In this document: in pieces, positions 40,059 to 49,435 of the stretch
Layout: every line of letters starts with the position of its first letter
Numbering within the stretch: the stretch's first letter is position 1
Notes under the pieces: model-generated
Databases searched by the model: none
What the model saw: the letters and a program-made list of their open reading frames with translations, nothing else
Told to the model about the DNA's origin: nothing
Assembly (NCBI GenBank): GCA_041862235.1
Contig: JBGVSY010000035.1
Coordinates: 16,479-80,478 of the forward strand
DNA length: 64,000 bases
From: Nitrososphaeria archaeon
GTDB lineage: Archaea > Thermoproteota > Nitrososphaeria_A > Caldarchaeales > JAVZCJ01
Reading direction: 5' to 3'
Position numbers and translations under genes: made by a program

Positions 40059-41105
40059 GTGGGTGACTGGACGAAGTTTAAGCGGGTTATGGCTGCGGTT
40101 CAGTTGCGTGAAGCTGACCGCGTCCCCGTGGTTCCGCAGATAACCTACACCACTGCGCATATTGCTGGAGTGAATTTCTTAGATGGGTTAAAAGATCCTC
40201 AGACCATGGCGCGATTGCTGGTCACAGGTTTCCGGTTAGCTGGATATGACGGGGTCTATGTCGGTTGGGAGTCCTCTTTCGACCTTGTAGCAGAAGCTAT
40301 GGGATGTAAACTGGAGTTCAAGCCGGACGGGATACCGGTAGTGAGAGAAAGAGTCGTCAAGAACAAGGAAGACGTGAAGCTGTTGCAGGTAGTAGACCCT
40401 GAGAGCAGCGGCAGGATTCCGGTTCACCTTAAGGCCATTCAGCTCGTGAGAGAACAGATTGGAACTAGCGTCCCTATTTTCAGATATGTGCCAGGCCCAT
40501 TAACCTTAGCTGGCGCACTCATAGGGCCAGAAAAAATGTTGGTGAGTCTCATTAAGGATCCTTCTTTCATCCGCCAGGCCTTGGAACCCGCAACCGAGTC
40601 CACCATTAGATTTGCTGCTGCCGCTGTCAAGTATGGATCTGATATCATCGTGGTCGCTGATCCCATAGCTTCTACTACTGTGATCTCACCGCGAATGTTT
40701 AAGGAGTTTGCTTACCCTTCGTTGTGTCAAGTAGTAGAAAGAGTATTGGAGGTTGGAGGTATACCGTCTCTGCACATTTGTGGAAAGACAGAGTCCATAC
40801 TTGAAGAGATGACGCGTACAGGGAGCAAGATACTGGAGTTAGACCACTCGGTAGATCTTGCAGTGGCAAAGGCTAGGATCGGCACGCGAGTTTGCATCCA
40901 AGGTAACTTGAATCCAACCGGTGTCTTGCTAACAGGTGACTCAAAGGATGTCGAGGCAGAGTCTCGAATATGTATCGAAAAGGCTTCGAAGCACGGAGGG
41001 TTCATACTTAGTTCTGGCTGTGAAGTACCACTACGCGCGTCCCTGCAAAACATCAAGGCTATAGTCTCTGCTGCTGAGAGGTTTGGTGTTTATCGAGATG
41101 CCTAG
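40059..41105 (+). CDS. URO-D-family methylcobamide methyltransferase (MtaA/MtbA-like)
   Basis: Uroporphyrinogen-decarboxylase fold, 348 aa, directly upstream of a corrinoid protein and an MttB homologue. A likely start lies at 40089. Confidence 0.65.
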   Translation: MGDWTKFKRVMAAVQLREADRVPVVPQITYTTAHIAGVNFLDGLKDPQTMARLLVTGFRLAGYDGVYVGWESSFDLVAEAMGCKLEFKPDGIPVVRERVVKNKEDVKLLQVVDPESSGRIPVHLKAIQLVREQIGTSVPIFRYVPGPLTLAGALIGPEKMLVSLIKDPSFIRQALEPATESTIRFAAAAVKYGSDIIVVADPIASTTVISPRMFKEFAYPSLCQVVERVLEVGGIPSLHICGKTESILEEMTRTGSKILELDHSVDLAVAKARIGTRVCIQGNLNPTGVLLTGDSKDVEAESRICIEKASKHGGFILSSGCEVPLRASLQNIKAIVSAAERFGVYRDA

Positions 41106-41115
41106 GAACTTCATG

Positions 41116-41772
41116 AGAATGAAGGAGAATGAACTGTTCAGTGAGATTCGTCGAGCTGTGATCGGCTACGATGAGAAGACAGCCGTGCAAACTGTGAAGA
41201 AGACAGTGGAACTTGGAATGAGCCCCAAGCGAGTGTTGGAGGAGGCATTAATACCTGGCATACAGGAGGTCGGCACCCTCTTTGCTCAGGAGAGAATCTT
41301 CATACCGGAAGTCATGCTCAGCGCAGAAGTCTTCAGCTTAGCCATGAAAATAATCAAGCCTGCAATCCTTAGCAAGGGAGAAGAGGTGGAGAACCTTGGA
41401 ACCGTTTTGATAGGAACTGTTGCGGGTGATGTCCATGACTTGGGAAAGAGCTTGGTAGCCACCTTGCTTACGGTCGCGGGGTTCGAGGTGTTCGACCTGG
41501 GAATAGATGTCTCGACCGAACTGTTTGTTAAAAAAGTGAGAGAGCTAAACCCAGACGTTCTGGCACTAAGCGCTCTTATGAGCACGACTATGCTTGAACA
41601 ACGCGAGGTGATAAGAAGTCTGAAAAAGCAAGGACTGCGAGACAAAGTCAGAGTAATTGTTGGCGGCGCTCCAGTCACGAATGATTGGTCCACTCAAATC
41701 GGAGCGGATGGATATGCTCCTAATGCTCATGAAGCTGTTGAATTAGTTAAGAGAATTCTAAGAGAACGCTAA
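41116..41772 (+). CDS. Corrinoid (B12-binding) protein, MtaC/MttC-like
   Basis: B12-binding motif GDVHDLGKSLV (DxHxxG) with a downstream SALMSTTM and G-G motif. The tracked ORF starts at 41083, overlapping mtaA. Confidence 0.8.
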   Translation, partial: RMKENELFSEIRRAVIGYDEKTAVQTVKKTVELGMSPKRVLEEALIPGIQEVGTLFAQERIFIPEVMLSAEVFSLAMKIIKPAILSKGEEVENLGTVLIGTVAGDVHDLGKSLVATLLTVAGFEVFDLGIDVSTELFVKKVRELNPDVLALSALMSTTMLEQREVIRSLKKQGLRDKVRVIVGGAPVTNDWSTQIGADGYAPNAHEAVELVKRILRER

Positions 41773-41784
41773 CTGTGAATAAAT

Positions 41785-43254
41785 ATGGATGAGCGTGGTG
41801 TAAAGAATAGGCCCAACCTGAGGTTGCTGTCGAATGAGGTCATAGAGCGAATCCATGAGTCCTCTATTCGGTTGCTTGCGGACATAGGAGTAACAGTAGA
41901 AAGCCGTGAAGCTTTGGATATCCTAAGAGAAGGAGGTGCCAAGGTCGACGAAGTGAAGAGAAACGTAAAGATTCCTTCATCTTTAATCGAGGAAACATTG
42001 AGGAAGGCTCCTCATAGATTAACCATCTACAGCCGCGATAGAAGACATGATCTCAACCTTGCAGAAAACAACGTTTATTTTGATCCTGGATCAGCGGCTA
42101 TATCCATCTTTGATTATAGCAAGGCTTCACCAAGACCTCCCGCTCTCAAGGACGTAAAGGACTTCGCTGTTGTTGTGGATTCATTGAAGAATATTCATGC
42201 TCAAAGCACAGCACTAGTGCCAATGGATATGCCAGAGACTATGAGGGACAGGATTCGTCTCTATGTTGTTCTGAAGTACTCGACGAAGCCTATCGTAACT
42301 GGGGCCTTTACTGTTGATGGAATTTCAGACATGAAACACATGCTTGACATTGTTTCAGATAGCGGGTCAAAGAAGGCGGGGGCTATGGCTATTTTCGATG
42401 TTTGTCCGTCACCTCCCTTGAAGTGGAGTCACCTAGCTGCCAAGAATGTGATTGATTGTGCTGAAGCGGGTCTGCCCGTTGAGTTGGTCTCTATGCCCCA
42501 GATCTCGGCGACAGCACCAGCCACTCTCGCTGGGTGCCTAGTGCAACATAACGCTGAGGTGCTTTCAGGAATAGCGTTGGCTCAATTAGCATATCCCGGA
42601 ACACCAGTTATCTATGGGGGATCTCCCGCACTATTCGATCCGCGATACGGTACATCGGTAATGGGTTCTCCAGAAGTGTTACTTCTGTCCTGTGGATACG
42701 TAGATATGGCTAAACACTATGGACTACCCAGCCACGCCTACCTCGGTATGAGCGACGCCAAAGTGATTGATTACCAAGCTGGTTTCGAAAGCGCATTCGG
42801 GGCTTTGATGGGTGCTTTGAAAGGGATAAACATCATTTCTGGCGCAGGTATGATCGAGTTTGAGTCTTGTCAAAGTTTGGAGAAACTGGTGCTTGATGAT
42901 GAGATATGTGGTTATGTACATAGGGTTGCCACAGGCATCGACGTGACTGAGGAGACTCTAGCCAACCAAATCTTTCAAGAGTGTGTGGCAAAGGGACATT
43001 TCCTTTCACATAAGCATACAGTCAGGTGGCTAAGAAGAGAGCAATACATACCAAGTGAGTTGGTTGACCGCAGGGATAGGAGCATGTGGAGAGCTCTCGG
43101 TAGGCTTGATGCCCTGAAACGAGCACGAACACGAGTGGAACAAATACTCTCTGACCATCAACCGGAACCTCTAGAGCCCGACATCGAGAAAGAACTCACC
43201 CGTTTTGCCGTTTCGATCTGTAGATCACATGGAGTCCCCCGCCTGACACTCTAA
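41785..43254 (+). CDS. MttB-superfamily methyltransferase (trimethylamine/quaternary-amine:corrinoid methyltransferase family) without pyrrolysine
   Basis: Uninterrupted 489-aa ORF of MttB length and context, with no in-frame TAG. Confidence 0.7.
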   Translation: MDERGVKNRPNLRLLSNEVIERIHESSIRLLADIGVTVESREALDILREGGAKVDEVKRNVKIPSSLIEETLRKAPHRLTIYSRDRRHDLNLAENNVYFDPGSAAISIFDYSKASPRPPALKDVKDFAVVVDSLKNIHAQSTALVPMDMPETMRDRIRLYVVLKYSTKPIVTGAFTVDGISDMKHMLDIVSDSGSKKAGAMAIFDVCPSPPLKWSHLAAKNVIDCAEAGLPVELVSMPQISATAPATLAGCLVQHNAEVLSGIALAQLAYPGTPVIYGGSPALFDPRYGTSVMGSPEVLLLSCGYVDMAKHYGLPSHAYLGMSDAKVIDYQAGFESAFGALMGALKGINIISGAGMIEFESCQSLEKLVLDDEICGYVHRVATGIDVTEETLANQIFQECVAKGHFLSHKHTVRWLRREQYIPSELVDRRDRSMWRALGRLDALKRARTRVEQILSDHQPEPLEPDIEKELTRFAVSICRSHGVPRLTL

Positions 43255-43427
43255 GGTTTCTATACACGCGGTCATGCTGCATTCTTGTCCGCAGATAGTC
43301 TTCTCCTTGTCCTCGACGTTCCAGTCGTGTCGTAAGAGCGCGTATCTGCATTCAATGCTACCAGTAGGTACTTCAAGACAAATGCTGGTCCTAAAGGTTT
43401 AAACCCATCGTTGTCTCGCATGGTACC

Positions 43428-45392
43428 GTGAGATCGTTAGTAACGAAGCTCAGCGCGGCCTTTCTTCTGGGCTTTTTTTGTCTAACGCCGCTGTTCAGAG
43501 TACGTGGAAAAGGATTGTTTGTAGATCAGTTAGAGCTCTCGGACTTGGAAGTAGAGGTCGTGACTTGGATCCAACCTCATACTGCACGGCCCCTCGCACG
43601 GTATGACGTGAAAGCAGAAGTAATTATGGAAGGCATGTTGATTGAGAAATCTACGGTAACCGATGACGACGGAAAAGCCTTCATACCAGCCTTGGTTTGG
43701 CTTGGGGCAAAGCTGAACATCTCCGTTAAACCCGAGAATGAGCTGGTGAACCCCGGAAGTGATTACCACCGTGAACTCCTCAAGAGTCAGGGAGTCGACT
43801 ATGTGGACAGGTCCAATGAGTCAGTAAAGAGCTCAGTGCCGGTTGAAAAGAAAAAGATTGCTTTGACCGTCGACAAGATCAGCCCCAACCTACCCTTTGA
43901 GGTTAGAGTGGATTACACGGCTGTCACTGCGGTTATCACGGATGCTCTTGGAAGACCCCTACCAGGCGCTTGGGTGGCTTTGGTGGATGTTTCAACCGGG
44001 CTCCTCGCCGGATGGTCGTACACAAATTGGTCTGGACACACCTCACTGATTAATGTTCCAGTCTCAGAGGGAGAAGATGGAGAGTACTCAGTCCAGGCTC
44101 ATTATCTTGGAGAAGGATTACAGGGAAAACCTGTCTGGCCATTCGGGGCTTATGGCGTTTGGCCCTGCATATATGATTCGTGGCTAGACGAACAGCTAAA
44201 CAAGTCTATCACGGTTTATGGTCTTTATGGAAGACATTTGAATATCACTACTCATGTCTATAAAACAGAGCTGAACTTCTTCTACGGGCGACGAATACCG
44301 ATAGATGTCTCAGTAGTTATTCATCCAAAACATCTCCGAATCGAGAATGTACGTGTTACTCAAGGAACCGTCGGGATAGAGAGGCTTCCCAGAGGACTTT
44401 ACGGTGTCACCGCAAAGTGGGCTGACATCGTAGTTGGTTCAGACAACGTGAACGTCACCAAAGTAGGGGGGGGTCACTTTCTCTTTGAGATGAATGTAGC
44501 AGTGTACGACCTGAACCTAACGATAAAGGATGCGGCAAACACTCACACAGTTCCAGATGTAGAGTGTGAAATACACGATCCGCTCGGAAGGATTACCTAT
44601 GCTGAGGCCCGCGCTGGTAGGCTGATAGTTCAAAGACTTCCGAAAGGGTACTATGCAATAACATTTAATTGGATTTCACCCTACACAGGTGAAAGGATAG
44701 ACATCGCTAGCTTCGCAGGGAACATATCATATTTAGCGTCAAACACGGAAATCTACACAAACACGTACGATGTTGCCTTTGCTGTGAGAGATGGAAATGG
44801 AAGGCCGGTGAGCGGAGTTACAATCATGGTGGGAAGGAGAACAAATCCAACGAATCCAATGGGCGAGGCTGTATTCACCCTCGTTCCCGCTGGAGAGTAC
44901 CAGGTGACGGTCTCCAAGGAACATATAGTCCTAGAAAAAAGGACAATTATCATACATTTCTCTTTCAGGAATTTCTCTTTTACCCTACCGAACTTGCTGG
45001 ATTTGAATGTGAAGGTAGTAGACCAAGAGGGTCGGCCAATTGATTCAGTCGTCGTCATGCTTAGGAAAGGTGACGAGATCGTCGCCTCCTCCAACACCAA
45101 CGAGCAAGGCTTGGCAACGTTAAGCCAGATGGTTGTAGACAACTACACTGTCGAAGCGACCTATGATCAGTTCACTGGAAAGCTTCTGGTAATGGCGCGG
45201 GAGTTCCACAAGTCAACTCCAATTGTAATAGAGTTGCCCTTGAGTCAGGGAACAGTCTCGACTACACAAACAACCACGATGGAAGGCGGACTCCCGGATG
45301 GAACCTTGGTCATCATTGCTGTGGTTGTAGTAGCGTTGGTACTCATCGTACTCGTCGTCTCACAACGGCTGAAGCGTACGGTTGCACCATAG
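43428..45392 (+). CDS. Cell-surface protein with a signal peptide, repeated beta-sandwich (CarboxypepD_reg-like) domains and a C-terminal transmembrane anchor
   Basis: N-terminal hydrophobic leader, recurring DGxG and VxVxV beta-rich repeats, and a C-terminal GTLVIIAVVVVALVLIVLVVSQRLKR. Confidence 0.55.
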   Translation: MRSLVTKLSAAFLLGFFCLTPLFRVRGKGLFVDQLELSDLEVEVVTWIQPHTARPLARYDVKAEVIMEGMLIEKSTVTDDDGKAFIPALVWLGAKLNISVKPENELVNPGSDYHRELLKSQGVDYVDRSNESVKSSVPVEKKKIALTVDKISPNLPFEVRVDYTAVTAVITDALGRPLPGAWVALVDVSTGLLAGWSYTNWSGHTSLINVPVSEGEDGEYSVQAHYLGEGLQGKPVWPFGAYGVWPCIYDSWLDEQLNKSITVYGLYGRHLNITTHVYKTELNFFYGRRIPIDVSVVIHPKHLRIENVRVTQGTVGIERLPRGLYGVTAKWADIVVGSDNVNVTKVGGGHFLFEMNVAVYDLNLTIKDAANTHTVPDVECEIHDPLGRITYAEARAGRLIVQRLPKGYYAITFNWISPYTGERIDIASFAGNISYLASNTEIYTNTYDVAFAVRDGNGRPVSGVTIMVGRRTNPTNPMGEAVFTLVPAGEYQVTVSKEHIVLEKRTIIIHFSFRNFSFTLPNLLDLNVKVVDQEGRPIDSVVVMLRKGDEIVASSNTNEQGLATLSQMVVDNYTVEATYDQFTGKLLVMAREFHKSTPIVIELPLSQGTVSTTQTTTMEGGLPDGTLVIIAVVVVALVLIVLVVSQRLKRTVAP

Positions 45393-45517
45393 ATAGCTCG
45401 GGTCAAGCGAGAAATGGGCGATGGCGATGCACCGCATTTGGTGAAGATTGTATAGCTGGGTCTTGCCACACATCACCAGATTTATTAGTTGCTCAAAGAC
45501 TGATAGAAGCCTAGGAC

Positions 45518-45766
45518 ATGAGAGTTAAAGTGGTTCCTGCAGTGGGTGGGGGAGAGCCGCTTGAGCTTGAAGTGGCGCCTACAGCTACTGTGGCAGCCGT
45601 TAAGGCGAAGGTGTGCAGCATCAAACGTCTACCTGAGGATGTGACACGGCTAACCTACAGAGGACGAGCACTGAAGGAGACGGAGACCCTGTCAGAGATT
45701 GGTGTAGAGGATGGAGACAGGTTAGTTCTCCTCACTCGAACCGGCGGCGCGGCTTTACTTAGATGA
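45518..45766 (+). CDS. Ubiquitin-like protein (beta-grasp) ending ...TRTGG followed by a 5-residue tail (AALLR)
   Basis: Alignable along its length with eukaryotic ubiquitin: LEVAPTATVAAVKAKV against LEVEPSDTIENVKAKI, and RLVLLTRTGG against LHLVLRLRGG. Confidence 0.7.
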   Translation: MRVKVVPAVGGGEPLELEVAPTATVAAVKAKVCSIKRLPEDVTRLTYRGRALKETETLSEIGVEDGDRLVLLTRTGGAALLR

Positions 45767-46183
45767 TCTCTACGGCCGATAAGTCTCGAATACCTCCACA
45801 ACGAACCTTCAGCGACTGATCAGACATTACGATCGATCGACCGCTTGCTGTGGCGGATTGTTGAGACGACCTCTGAAAACGTGATCGATCCGTCTCCTGC
45901 GTTGATGATAATAGAGGCGCTGTACTTCCTAGTGTCGAAGATCTGAATCACGTCCGGCAGGTGATTTTGCTGCAACGGATTCTTCGTCCCCTTTCTGTAC
46001 TTCCCACCTGTAAATTTGGGGCGTGACTCACAATAATGTGTGACTGCGTCGGCATTTATCTCTCGCCAACTAATTGAACTGGTTTCTATTGATCGATCTG
46101 TTCAATGAGCAGAGATGTTCTCTTGTCTTGCTTGTCGGAAGAATGTTCATTCTAATCGGCTTATGACTGAACTGTGATCCTGC

Positions 46184-46498
46184 CTATGTTTTCTTGACCC
46201 TAGCTTTCAATATCTCGGTCATTCTCGTCCTAAGCTTCTCTCCCTTCAGGTTCTTCTTCGACAAAGAGTCGAGTTGTCGTATTACTCTCTTTTCTCCGAG
46301 GAGGGTAAGCCACTTCTGGAAATCTCCTCTGTCAAGGTGAAACTCGAGAGATTGAGCGTTTACCTTTTCGACACAGTTCACGAACTCAGGGAGATTCGTG
46401 GCGAGGAATTCGGTGGGCATGTCAGTTCCATGATAGAAATGGAAGCCTTTTTCTAGGGGGACTGTCTTCAGTTTTTTCACCGTACAGCTCACTTTCAT
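46184..46498 (-). CDS. Hypothetical small protein
   Basis: 104-aa ORF, divergent from the GT4 gene. Confidence 0.4.
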   Translation of the reverse strand: MKVSCTVKKLKTVPLEKGFHFYHGTDMPTEFLATNLPEFVNCVEKVNAQSLEFHLDRGDFQKWLTLLGEKRVIRQLDSLSKKNLKGEKLRTRMTEILKARVKKT

Positions 46499-46765
46499 GA
46501 AGCCGCTGACAAGCCCCTACATAAGTTTTACTTATGTTACTCTTTGACTCCGAGGAATGTCTCCTGTTCTCCACCATTCAGCCCGTCCGCAAACCTCGTC
46601 CACAGATCCTTCAGATGGAATCGAAGGCATCGGACTTCGATCATTGAGCTTCGAGATACAAATCTAAGACTCTTTGAGGGAACGCTGAAAGGTTATCTGT
46701 ATACGAAGGGTTTTTATCTGCTTCATGTAGTGGAGGTGAGCATTACCATCGTGAGCGTGGAATTG

Positions 46766-48019
46766 ATGAAGCTCCTTGAGCTCTCTTGGGAGTTCTACCC
46801 TTCATTGGTCGGCGGGCTCGGAACCTACGCATCCGAGATATGTCGACAATTTGTAAAGCTGGGCACTGATGTGACAGTGTTGACGATCAACAGAGGTGAC
46901 CTGAAGAAGAGAGAGATCTGGCAGGGAATCGACGTTCATCGACCTATAATAGTCAACACCGAGGACTTCTTCGGAAGCATAGTCTCTGAGGAACTGACGG
47001 GGTGGGGGGGAAGAGGCATTGAATTCTTTTCGAACATAATTTCTTACAACATCTTGTCTGCAAGTAAGGCAGCCAATGATTTGGTCCGTCTTGAGGGGAT
47101 GGAGTTTGACCTGATCGTGTCTCATGACTGGCTCTCAATACCTGGCGGGCTAAGTCTGAAGCGGGAACTGAACCTCCCTCTGGTTTTCCATGTTCATTCC
47201 ACTGAGCATGGAAGAAGCCTTGGAAACCCGTCACGAACCGTACAGCAACTTGAGTTAATTGGCGCGAAGAGAGCTGACTTGGTTGTTACTGTGTCTTGCG
47301 CTATGAAAGAAGAGATATCTACCATAGGTTTTCCCCCAGAGAAAATCAAGGTAATCTACAATGGTGTGGATGAAGAAAAGTATAGATCCTCTAACGTGGC
47401 CACAGAAAGAGTGAAGGAGATTAGAGAACAGTACGCCGTTAGAGAAGACGAGATCATGATACTCTTCATCGGCCGCCTGGTTCCTGTCAAAGGGGTCGAC
47501 AAGCTGGTTCAATCCATGGCTTACGTGAAGTCCAAGTTTCCGAGTGCCAAGCTTTTGGTCATTGGGTTGGGGGATTTACAGGAACACTTGAAAAACTTAG
47601 TTCGTCAGTATTCATTGGAGAAAGAAGTGCGTCTGAGATACGAGTTCATAGGCGAGAAGGAAAGGGTGGAGCACTACGCAGCTTGCGATGTCACAGTGTT
47701 CCCCAGTCTTTACGAGCCATTTGGCATAGTTGCCTTAGAAGCGATGAGCATGGAGAAGCCCGTTGTTGTCGGCGCGCGAGGCACAAGCGGCCTCAGGGAG
47801 ATAGTAATTCCGAATGGAGAGAATCAGTGTGGCTACCATGTTAATCCATATGATCCTGCCGACATAGCCTGGGGAATTAACAGCTTGCTGGTTGACAGAG
47901 AGAATATGAAGCGGTTAGGAAAGAATGGGCGAAGCCGTGTTCTCGAGAAATTCACGTGGAGTGCGATAGCAACCGAGACACTAGGTGCTTATCAAGAGCT
48001 CCTTCAATCTAGTCGATAG
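46766..48019 (+). CDS. Glycosyltransferase family 4 (GT-B, glycogen-synthase-like)
   Basis: EPFGIVALEAMSMEKPVV (the E-x7-E region) and an N-terminal YPSLVGGLGTY. The tracked ORF starts at 46544; the start is chosen at MKLLELS. Confidence 0.75.
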   Translation: MKLLELSWEFYPSLVGGLGTYASEICRQFVKLGTDVTVLTINRGDLKKREIWQGIDVHRPIIVNTEDFFGSIVSEELTGWGGRGIEFFSNIISYNILSASKAANDLVRLEGMEFDLIVSHDWLSIPGGLSLKRELNLPLVFHVHSTEHGRSLGNPSRTVQQLELIGAKRADLVVTVSCAMKEEISTIGFPPEKIKVIYNGVDEEKYRSSNVATERVKEIREQYAVREDEIMILFIGRLVPVKGVDKLVQSMAYVKSKFPSAKLLVIGLGDLQEHLKNLVRQYSLEKEVRLRYEFIGEKERVEHYAACDVTVFPSLYEPFGIVALEAMSMEKPVVVGARGTSGLREIVIPNGENQCGYHVNPYDPADIAWGINSLLVDRENMKRLGKNGRSRVLEKFTWSAIATETLGAYQELLQSSR

Positions 48020-48307
48020 TGTTCGATGAGTCGACCTGAGGAGGAATACGGCTGTAACTCTCGTCAGAAACGAAACTAGCTGTAAAATGAGAGTGCTTTG
48101 ATCAACCCCAGTTGAGAAACGAAGTACTTATCTCCAACCCGAATCATGTACCCGTTCTCCTCGAGTTTCTTGACGTTTTCGCTTACTGTGTCCAGATCGA
48201 GTCGAGGCTGTCTGAGATCTCCCTCGATCGATCGGACTAGAGATGTGGAACAGTTCGGGTGGCGAGTAGGGCGAGTAGATGGGTGGAAAAGAAATAATAG
48301 TGGCCGT

Positions 48308-48850
48308 GTGTTGGTAGCTGAAGAGGAGACGTTGAAGACAGCTGATCAGGTGAAAAAGGAGATAGCTAGGAGATACAGCGTCGACCCTGATGGATGGCAG
48401 GTTCTGTACGGCAGAAAACCGGGTGGGAGCAGCGATCTCATGGTAGTCCATGGCTCTGACATGTGGATCATAAAAGAGAATCCTGTAAATCCCCGGCGAA
48501 CGATCGGATTGGGAGCGAAGGGACATCTGAGGGAAGGCGAAGAGATTAGGGGTTTCTCTCCATATCCATTTGGCCTCAGACCGCTGCCGAGAGAACAAAT
48601 GGAGGAGCTCATCCTACGACTGGTGAGCGGAAAAAGCACACGGAAAACTATGAGAGCGATAATGATGACTAGACCATCGTCTCCAAAAGACATAACAAGT
48701 GCTGTGGTTATGCAGGGGCCGGTCGTCTATTCAGACAGGCCAATTGAATTGATTAGCGAAACTCACAGGGAACTCAGTGAGAAATTGGATGAAGAGTTGG
48801 AGAAACTCCTCTACAAAAAATATCCAAGCCGGATGGGCATGTATCGATAG
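48308..48850 (+). CDS. Hypothetical protein
   Basis: Plus-strand ORF with an acidic/basic helical C-terminus. A GTG start at 48308 is proposed. The overlapping minus-strand ORF looks low-complexity. Confidence 0.35.
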   Translation: MLVAEEETLKTADQVKKEIARRYSVDPDGWQVLYGRKPGGSSDLMVVHGSDMWIIKENPVNPRRTIGLGAKGHLREGEEIRGFSPYPFGLRPLPREQMEELILRLVSGKSTRKTMRAIMMTRPSSPKDITSAVVMQGPVVYSDRPIELISETHRELSEKLDEELEKLLYKKYPSRMGMYR

Positions 48851-49435
48851 CAAGCGCAGGAATGCTGGAAAAATCTTCATGTACCACATTACGTAGGCGA
48901 GGTTGTCTTGATGAATGAGGACGCAGCGAAAATACGTTCTTCACAAAACGACCGAAGTTGAATCGCACAGCCTAGCGACAGTGGTGAAAGTATCTGTCAA
49001 GCCCATCTTTGGATAAGCTTGTTTGGCTGGCCGTCGTCATCTTGGAAGACTCAGTTTCTATCGAGCGTTCACGTCAGCGTTGATCCTCTCTAAAAGAACG
49101 TGGTTATGGCAAAAGACCATCACTTTCTTCACCTCCTTTTGAGCTAGCAACCTCTCTGATTACTAAAGCAACGCTATAGACTACTGGGCTGTAGGGTGTG
49201 CTAGGTACAAAATCTATCTTCAGCACCCCCTCCTCGGTCTCATTCACACCTGTGATTAACCTCATAGCTCCAAGAAATAGCTCTGTGATAGGATCAACCG
49301 TCTTCTCGATCTTCTCCCGGACAGCAGCTTCGATAGAGAACTGGACCACTTCTCTCAAAAGCGAAATAAGTATAAGTTTTTATTACGCGCGGAGATTGAA
49401 ACTCACTGCAAGCTTGCACGAAGGCGGAACCTACC

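Noticed and set aside
41785-43254. Search for an in-frame amber (pyrrolysine) codon in the MttB homologue
   Set aside because: The 489-codon frame is uninterrupted, so it is a non-Pyl MttB-superfamily member.
45790-45975. Minus-strand open frame downstream of the ubiquitin gene (…GDGSITFSEVVSTIRHSKRSIDRNV*)
   Set aside because: No ATG, GTG or TTG start exists in frame between the upstream stop and the end of the frame, so it is unlikely to be translated.
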